A model generated the notes under the pieces. The model did no database searches, was not told where the DNA came from, and was given only the letters and a program-made list of their open reading frames with translations. Below are positions 54,977 to 64,000 of a DNA stretch of 64,000 nt, piece by piece (the stretch's first letter is position 1; each line of letters opens with the position of its first letter). Both the position numbers and the translations under genes were made by a program. This DNA is from Octopus vulgaris (taxonomy: Eukaryota): assembly GCA_951406725.2 (NCBI GenBank), contig OX597842.1:9238001-9302000 (forward strand). The letters run 5' to 3'.

Positions 54977-57900
54977 ATAAAGTAATTGAGGTAATCAGAG
55001 TATGTGACAGAATACTTAAGATTAGATTAGTGCTTCATCATAGTTTAGCAACCATTATATCAGCCTATGCTCCTCAGTCAGGGCTACCCGATGGACAGAA
55101 ACACTGATTCTATGACACTCTACTGCAGACTACCTCGTTGACGAACGACAGAGACCTTATCTTTGTGGCTGGTGACTTCAATGGTCACGTTGGACGACAT
55201 GCTGGGGGCTTCCATGGCGTACATGGAGGCTATGGCTATGGCTCCCGCAACGAGGAGGGAACCAGGCTGCTGGAGTTCTGCAATTCAAATAATCTTATGA
55301 TTTGCAACACTAACTTCAGGAAACCTACCAGCCACCTAGTCACTTACAAATTGGGCCAACATACCAGCCAAATTGACTACATCCTTGCAAGGCAAAGGGA
55401 GAGATGGCTGCTTATAAATGCCAAAACCTTCCCAGGTGAAGAATGTACCCCACAACATAGACTGGTAGTTAGTGACTTTAGGATCAGGACTAGGAGGACA
55501 ACCAGAAGACGACCAATATGGAGAAGAAGGATCTGGAAGCTTAAAGATCCTGCAAATGGACAGAGATTTAGGGACATATTACTTGAAGCCTTTGACGAAG
55601 TAGAAGGGGATAGAGCATCACAGGGGGTAGAAGACAACTGGACGTTTCTAAGGGACAACCTGCTGAGAGCCACTGACCAGATCTGTGGCTGGTGCAAAGT
55701 CCCCTCTCGACCTAGAATAACGTGGTGGTGGAACAATATTGTAGACAGGGCTATTAGAGAAAAGAGACAGGCTTGGAAGGTCTGGAAAAATGGGGGTAGC
55801 AGGGAATTGTATCAGACTGCCAAAAGAGAAGCTAGGAGACAGGTTTATTTAGCCAGAGGGGAAGCAGATAAGAAAAAATTTGCCAATGTTCTGCGCCGTG
55901 AGGACCAAAGACTGGAGGTGTTTCGCGTTGCAAGACAGTGTGTGAGAGAGAATCGTGATGTGGTAGGAGAGAAGTGTGTTCACATGGAAGATGGTTCACT
56001 TGCGCTAAATGAGGATGCAAAGAGAGAGGTTTGGAGATGCCACTATGAAAGGTTGCTGAATAAAGAAAATGAATGGGATAAAGAGAGTCTGCCGAATGTT
56101 GACCCAACAGAGGGACCAGCTATCCGAGTTGATAGTTCTGTGGTAGCTAAGGCAATTAGAAGCATGAAGACAGGGAAAGCCCTAGGCCCATCAGGAATCA
56201 CTGCAGAGATGCTCAAAATGTCTGGTAGTGTCGGCTATAGCCTTGTCACCCGTATAGTTAATCAGGTGATACACAAAGGAGTCATACCCAATGACTGGTG
56301 TAGCAGCATAATAGTCAACTGCTACAAAGGTAAAGGTGACGCCCTAGATACAATTACAGAGGTATCAAGCTGTTGGATCAGGTAATGAAGGTTACGGAGA
56401 GGGTTATAGCCCAACTAATTAGAGAGATAGTTAGTTTAGATGAGATGCAGTTTGGGTTTGTGCCAGGGAAAAGTACTACTGATGCTATATTCCTGGTAAG
56501 GCAGCTGCAGGAGAAATACCTAGCCAAAGATAAGCCCCTGTACCTGGCTTTTGTTGACATGGAGAAAGCCTTCGACAGGGTCCCCCGATCCCTTATCTGG
56601 TGGTCAATGAGAAAACTAGGGATAGATGAATGGTTAGTGAGAGCTGTGCGGGCCATGTATAGGGACGCTGCTAGTAAGGTGAGGGTTGGCAACGAGTACA
56701 GTGAAGAATTCCGGGTAGAGGTAGGGGTCCACCAAGGCTCAGTACTGAGCCCCCTCCTATTTATCATAGTCCTCCAGGCAATAATGGAAGAATTCAAGAC
56801 AGGATGCCCTTGGGAGCTCCTCTATGCTAATGACCTTGCTCTAATTGCTGAGTCGCTATCAGAACTGGAGGAGAAGTTTCAGGTGTGGAAACAAGGATTA
56901 GAATCGAAGGGCCTCAGAGTCAATCTAGCTAAAACCAAAGTCGTAATCAGTAGGAAGGTAGACAAATCACAAACGCCTTCAGGTAGATGGCCCTGTTCGA
57001 TCTGTAGAAAAGGTGTAGGTAGAAACTCTATAAGATGCTCCAAGTGTAAGCTATGGACACATAAGAGGTGCAGCAATGTCAAAGGAAGGCTAACTAGAGA
57101 GATGGTTTTTGTATGTGGCAGATGCTCAGGAACAATAAACACTGAAAATGCTCTGAGACCAACTTCCGTCACTTTCCAGGGAGAAAAACTAGAAATAGTT
57201 GATAGTTTCCGTTACCTAGGTGACCAAGTCAGCAGCGGGGGCGAGTGTGCTGAAAGTGTAACTGCTAGAGTAAGAATAGCTTGGGCAAAGTTCAGAGAGC
57301 TCTTACCTCTGCTGGTGACAAAAGGCCTCTCGCACAGAGTGAAAGGCAGACTGTATGATGCATGTGTACGAACAGCCATGCTACATGGCAGTGAAACATG
57401 GGCCGTGACTGCTGAGGATATGCGTAAGCTCGCAAGAAATGAAGCCAGTATGCTCCGATGGATGTGTAATGTCAGTACTCATACTCGGCAGAGTGTAAGT
57501 ACCTTGAGAGAAAAGCTGGACCTAAGAAGCATCAGTTGTGGTGTGCAAGAGAGACGTTTGCGCTGGTATGGTCATGTGGCGAGAATGGATGAAGATAGTT
57601 GTGTGAAAAAGTGCCACACCCTAGCTGTTGAGGGAACCTGAGGAAGAGGCAGACCCAAGAAAACCTGGGACGAGGTGGTGAAGCACGACCTTCGAACTTT
57701 AGGTCTCACTGAGGAAAGGACTAGAGACCGAGACCTCTGGAAGTGTGCTGTGCGTGAGAAGACCCGGCAGGACAAGTGAGTCCATAACCCGTGGCCTTCT
57801 ACATGGGATGGAGCCAGCCTACGTATGCATACCTTCCCTTCTTGGGACACAAAACTCTACTTGTGAAGACCTGTTGAGGCAAGTGAGGATCAGAATTGAA

Positions 57901-58258
57901 ATCGATCAATGGAAATTGCAGATGTGTTACCAGTGCCGGTGACATGTAAGAGAACCTTCCATTTCGCGACCGTTGCCAGCACCGCCCCGACTGGCCCCGT
58001 GCCAAAGGCACATAAAAAGCACCATCCATTCGTGGCCGTTTGCCAGCTCTGTCTGGCACCTGTGCGGGTGGCACGTAAAAAGCACCCACTACACTCACGG
58101 AGTGGTTGGCGTTAGGAAGGGCATCCAGCCGTAGAAACACTGCCAGATTTAACTGGGCCTGATTAAGCCTTCTGGCTTCACAGACCCCAGTAGAACCCTC
58201 CAACCCATGCTAGCATGGAAAACGGACGCTAAACGATGATGATAATGATGATGATGAT
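54976..58258 (+). mobile_element. RTE LINE copy C (APE C-terminal half + RT), with frameshift, YAND and stops
   Basis: SAYAPQ, GDFNGHVG and SQIDYIL APE motifs; RT ORF 56373-57641; (GAT)n tail. Confidence 0.95.
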
Positions 58259-58628
58259 ACAGGTGAAATTTATAGAAAAACGAAAGTTGAAGATAGAAAA
58301 TGTGTCTGTTTGTATTTGTATTTGCACCTCTGCCATTGCTTGACAACCGGTGTTGGTGTGTTTATGTCTCAGTAACTTAGCGGTTCGGGAAAAGAGACCG
58401 ATAGAATAAGTACTAGGTTTACAAAAATAAGTCCTGGGATCGATTTGTTTGAATAAATGCAGTGCTCCAGCATGGCAGCAGTCAAATTACTGAAGCATGT
58501 AAGACTAACAGAATAGAAAAATGCATGAATAATATCAAATACATAGAAATACTTTGACAGATAGACAGACAGAACACAGACAGACAGGCAAGTAGGCACA
58601 CAGGCAGATAGATAGATAGTTAGATAGA

Positions 58629-58660
<32 letters not shown>

Positions 58661-58692
58661 TAGATAGATAGATAGATAGAGAGACAGACACC

Positions 58693-58737
<45 letters not shown>

Positions 58738-58738
58738 G

Positions 58739-58786
<48 letters not shown>

Positions 58787-58790
<4 letters not shown>

Positions 58791-58977
58791 TGTTTCTTTA
58801 TTAGCCACACAGGACTGCACACAGACAGGACAAAATTACAAGGTAGAGCTTTTCTTTTGGGGGTAAAAGAAGAGGGTTTGGTTTTCGATCAAAAGGGATC
58901 GTAAAAGGAAAGAAAGAGGACAAAAAAAGGGGGGATTTTAAAAAAGGGGGGAGAAAAGGGAGAGGAAAAAAGATAGA

Positions 58978-59011
<34 letters not shown>

Positions 59012-59200
59012 AATAGATAGATAGATATGTTTCTTTATTAGCCACACAGGACTGCACACAGACAGGACAAAATTACAAGGTAGAGCTTTTCTTTTGGGGG
59101 TAAAAGAAGAGGGTTTGGTTTTCGATCAAAAGGGATCGTAAAAGGAAAGAAAGAGGACAAAAAAAGGGGGGGGGGAAGAAAAGGGGAGAGGAAAAAAAGA
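58787..59200 (-). repeat. tandemly duplicated ~190-bp retroelement-like 3' tail within (GATA)n
   Basis: 58787-58975 is repeated at 59024-59200; minus strand ends aataaagaaacata. Confidence 0.7.
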
Positions 59201-59204
59201 TAGA

Positions 59205-59238
<34 letters not shown>

Positions 59239-59689
59239 AATAGATAGATAGATAGATAAATAAATAGATGTATGTATGTGTGTATGTATTATGTCTGTGT
59301 ATGTGTGTATGTATGTATGTATGTATGTATGTCTGTGTGTATGTGTGTGTGTATGTGTGTATGTATGATAGATATATATAGAGATAGAATAGATAGATAG
59401 ACAGACGGACAGACAGAGAGGCAGGCAGGCAGGTATGCAGACGTGCAGACATGCAGGTAGACAGGCTGATGACTAGTGCTCATACACCTTAAATCTGTTT
59501 GATGTCCAATGAATGAATTGTTTTACTGTTTATACACCAGGGACCTTCTAAGTGGATGCACCACATGCTAGTAATAACAGCAATGTCTCTCTCTCTTTCT
59601 TCACTCATGCACCACTGACTGTGATTAAAAACGAAAAAAAATAGAGGAGTGGAGAGGGTCACATTTGATTCATATATGCCAAGATACAC

Positions 59690-59952
59690 TGTGAGTGTAT
59701 GTATGTATATGTATATATAGATATACATACATATACGTGAATGTGTGTATGTGTTTATTAATATATATGAATGTATGTATGGATGGATGTATGAATGTAT
59801 GGATGTATGTATGTGTGTGTGTACATATATGCATGAATGTGTGTATATATTCATCTATGTATGTATATGTATATATATGTGCAAGTGAGTGTGCACATAT
59901 TTACATACTGCAGCTACTCACACACACACACACACATATCTATCTATTTGTA

Positions 59953-59995
<43 letters not shown>

Positions 59996-60054
59996 ATGTA
60001 TGTATATATATATATGAATGTATGTGTATATGTATGTATATATATATATGAATG

Positions 60055-60149
<95 letters not shown>

Positions 60150-60778
60150 ATGTGTGTGTATATATGTATATATATGTATATATATATATATACATAGAGA
60201 GGGAGGAGGACTCATGTGTGCCTATAAACACACATGTATATATTTATACAGACATATACATATATATTTACTCACATACTTGCATATGCCTACATATACA
60301 CACATGCACACTTACATATGTACATGCATGCACACAGCATAAATACAAGCATATATACATGCATATATACATACATACACACATACATACATACAAACAT
60401 ACATACATACATACATACACACCTACATTCATATACACACACATGCAGACATACATACATATATGCATGCATACATACATATATACTCACAGACACACAC
60501 ACACACACATATATATATACATACAAGGGCATACATACATACATCCACACACATACTAACATACATACATACACATACAGATATACATACATATATACAC
60601 ACACACATATGCATATACACATACACACATATAGATATCCATACATATGTATGTACACACACATACATACATGCATGCATACACACCTACATACATACAC
60701 ACACATACGTACAGATATCCATCCACATACTAATATACATACATACACATATATATATACATACATACACACACAGTC

Positions 60779-60811
<33 letters not shown>

Positions 60812-61238
60812 CACATACATACAAGCATATAAACATACGTACATTCATATATACATAAGTATGTACATACATACACACACATACATACATACATACATAC
60901 ATATACACACACATACACACATACATACATACACACACATACATACATACATACATATATACATACATACACACACACATACATACATACATACATACAT
61001 ACACACATACATACATACACACATACATACACACATACATACACACATACATACACATACATACATACACACATTCATACATACATACACACATACATAC
61101 ATACATACATACATACATACATACACACATACATACATACATACATACACATACATACATACACACATACACACATACATACATACACACATACACACAT
61201 ACATACATACATACATACATACATACATACATACATAC
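59690..61238. repeat. compound (TATG)/(TA)/(CATA) microsatellite
   Basis: seen directly. Confidence 0.95.
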
Positions 61239-61562
61239 ACTTCTCATCACTCTGCGACATTCTGAGCAATACTACAGCTGCTAAAATACACGACCAAAAA
61301 TCAAACTCCATGATATCAGTACTTAAAAGCAGGCGACATTGAACACTTGCATGCAACAGAGGTGTGCATACATAGCTACATATATCTGTCTTTCTGCCTA
61401 TCTACTTACCAAACTGTCTGTCTATCTTTCTATCCATCGCTCACATTTGTTTGTCTATATATTTATCTGTGTATCTATCTATTTATCTATCTAGCTATTT
61501 AACTATCTATCTATCTATTTTTTAATTTATTTATCTATCTATCAGTCTATACATCTCTGCTG

Positions 61563-61594
<32 letters not shown>

Positions 61595-61687
61595 CACATA
61601 CAACCAATTACATATATACATACACTATATACAATATATATACATATATAGATAGATAGAAAGATATAGATATATATCCATAGATAG

Positions 61688-61745
<58 letters not shown>

Positions 61746-61844
61746 ACACACACATGCACAAATGAATTATATATACATGTCTCAAACCTATGCCACTTGC
61801 TGTCAAATGGTTATTCACAAATTCTCAACACGTTAAAATAAATT

Positions 61845-61904
<60 letters not shown>

Positions 61905-62105
61905 CGTTCTTCTTCTTCTTCTTCTTCTTCTCCTTCTTCCCTACCAAGAATTCACATGGACCTTGAACCCACAAGAGTAAACAAGAGAGACAGAGAAAGG
62001 CAGAAACAAGAAAAAATGCCACTTGTATTTGAACACTATACAAATATTCTTTTTAAAAAAACTTCTCTTTTAATTTTTCCAAAATTTAATTGTTTTCCAT
62101 ACTTA

Positions 62106-62141
62106 CAGCTGAAAAAGTCTCAATGACTGAAACCGGTACTG
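62106..62141 (+). ncRNA. minimal type I hammerhead motif with G8>A
   Basis: cag-CTGAAAA-agtc-tcaat-gact-GAAAC-cg-GTA-ctg; palindromic stem III accggt. Confidence 0.55.
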
Positions 62142-62289
62142 AAATGGTTTTTATAAAATTATTTTAGCATTTTCTACCCTTACTTTTTTACCTTTACTAC
62201 CATATATACATACATATATATATATACACATAAATACAAAAAGATATTTGTGTACATAAAGATACATCTATTTATACACACACATATAA

Positions 62290-62695
62290 CTTATGGATTG
62301 AAATTTGTAACGATCCCTAAAGCTGGACATCATTGCATCATATCTAAAGATCTTGCCCTCCTTATCTAGTAAGGACTCAGTACTGTAACAGCTTAGGGCT
62401 CAAGGCCCCAACTTTTCAACACTCTGCCAAACTACCTCAAAGATCTGCCAGGGGTAGATGTGGATATTTACAAAGAACATTTGGACTAGTTTTTTTTTCT
62501 TACCGGAAATACCAGACGTGCCCACATTGTACCAAGAAACACAAAAAAAGAGCAATTTTGTCGAACTCGCTGCTTCACCACGAACAGTTCGGAAGTGGGA
62601 GCCAGGGAATGTATGTGAAATATAAAATGCAATTACACTAACTGCGGTGCCCCAGCATGGCCGCAGCCTCCGGTCGGAACCAGCAAAAGGAAAAA
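62290..62695 (+). mobile_element. old 3' fragment of the CR1-group LINE
   Basis: degenerate match to the ORF2 C-terminus of 27767-28100 (YCNSLG..GP.LFN.LP..L.DL.GVDVD), then tail gcggtgccccagcatggcc. Confidence 0.75.
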
Positions 62696-63765
62696 TAATA
62701 TATCATCATCATCATCATCGTCGTCGTTTAACGTCCGTTTTCTGTGCTATGTATGTATGTATGTATGTATATATGTATGTATGTATGTATGTATATAGCC
62801 TAACTTCAGAGATGGTTGGTCAGTGTATACTTGTGACTGGAAATATATCATGATTAACTTTACACAGAAAAGTCGAATAGTTTAACTGTTCTACATCTAT
62901 CACACACATACATACATAAATACATTCATACATACATACATACATACATACATACATACATACATACATACATTCATTCATATATATATATATATATACA
63001 TACATACATATATACATACAAACATACATTCATACATACATATATACATACATACATATAAACATACATACATACATATATATACATACATACATATATA
63101 CATACATACATATATACATTCATACATACATACATTCATACATACGTACGTACATACCTACATACATATATACATACATACACAATCATTCATACATACA
63201 TTCATACATACATACATACATTCATACATACGTACGTACATACCTACATACATATATACATACATACACAATCATTCATACATACATTCATACATACGTA
63301 CATACATTCATTCATACATACATATATACACACATTCATGCATATATGTACACACATACATCCATACATACATTCATACATATACATACAAATATTCACC
63401 CATCCAACCATACATACATACATTCATACATATATATATATATACATACATTCATACATCCATACATACATGCACACACATACACACATACATACATACA
63501 TGCATACACATACATGCATACATGTATGCATGCATAGACAAATACGTACGTATGTGAATAGATGCATAGAGATGGGTGAATGCATCGACACCTCTTCTAA
63601 CACCCCAACTCAACAACGACCAGGATCTCCCTTAACTCCAAAAGCCTTATTACTTTGTTAGCGACTGGCTTGAACTCCCTGAAGAAAAACTTAAACTCAA
63701 AGAAAAAAACACATACACATACATAAATATACATGCATATATAAATACATACATATACAAACATA

Positions 63766-63948
63766 CTGTATTTTAACATGTCCCAGAAGCCCCTTTTTTG
63801 TCAATAATTAGGTTAAAAAATATGGGAGTTTCTTCTACATGGATAGTATTATAATCCCTTAAAAAAATCATTTTTCCCCCCAATTTTAAGCCCCCAAAAT
63901 TAGGGAGTTCCTTCTACACAAGGATTCCTTATACACTTTAAAATACAG
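63766..63948. mobile_element. pogo/Tigger-type MITE
   Basis: TA|CTGTATTTTAA...TTAAAATACAG|TA with repeated ttcttctaca subterminal motifs. Confidence 0.7.
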
Positions 63949-64000
63949 TACATACATACATACATATATATATTTATTAATAAAGGATCAAAAGTCCTTC

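Overview
Eukaryotic, AT-rich, repeat-saturated intergenic or intronic DNA. The SINE, RTE and microsatellite repertoire looks like a coleoid cephalopod (Octopus); this is inferred from memory, not tested. No intact host gene is supported, and one candidate signal-peptide exon is flagged. Retroelements: three RTE LINE copies with a PHD-type finger inside ORF2, a CR1-group LINE, and a Penelope-like element (RT + GIY-YIG) with 0.8-kb inverted arms. DNA elements: a pogo transposase, a Tc1/mariner remnant, non-autonomous Helitrons (one exact head-to-tail CTAG|TC junction), MITEs and a solo LTR. Also present are many tRNA-derived SINEs, tandem arrays with 42, ~46, 106, ~130, ~145 and 491 bp units, and multi-kb (TA)n tracts. 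Most notable are (1) type I hammerhead-ribozyme motifs from several unrelated non-coding repeat families, including a foldback cassette with one hammerhead on each strand, (2) the Helitron junction with mixed cargo, (3) the PHD-in-RT architecture, and (4) a dimeric higher-order structure plus an inversion in the 491-bp satellite.
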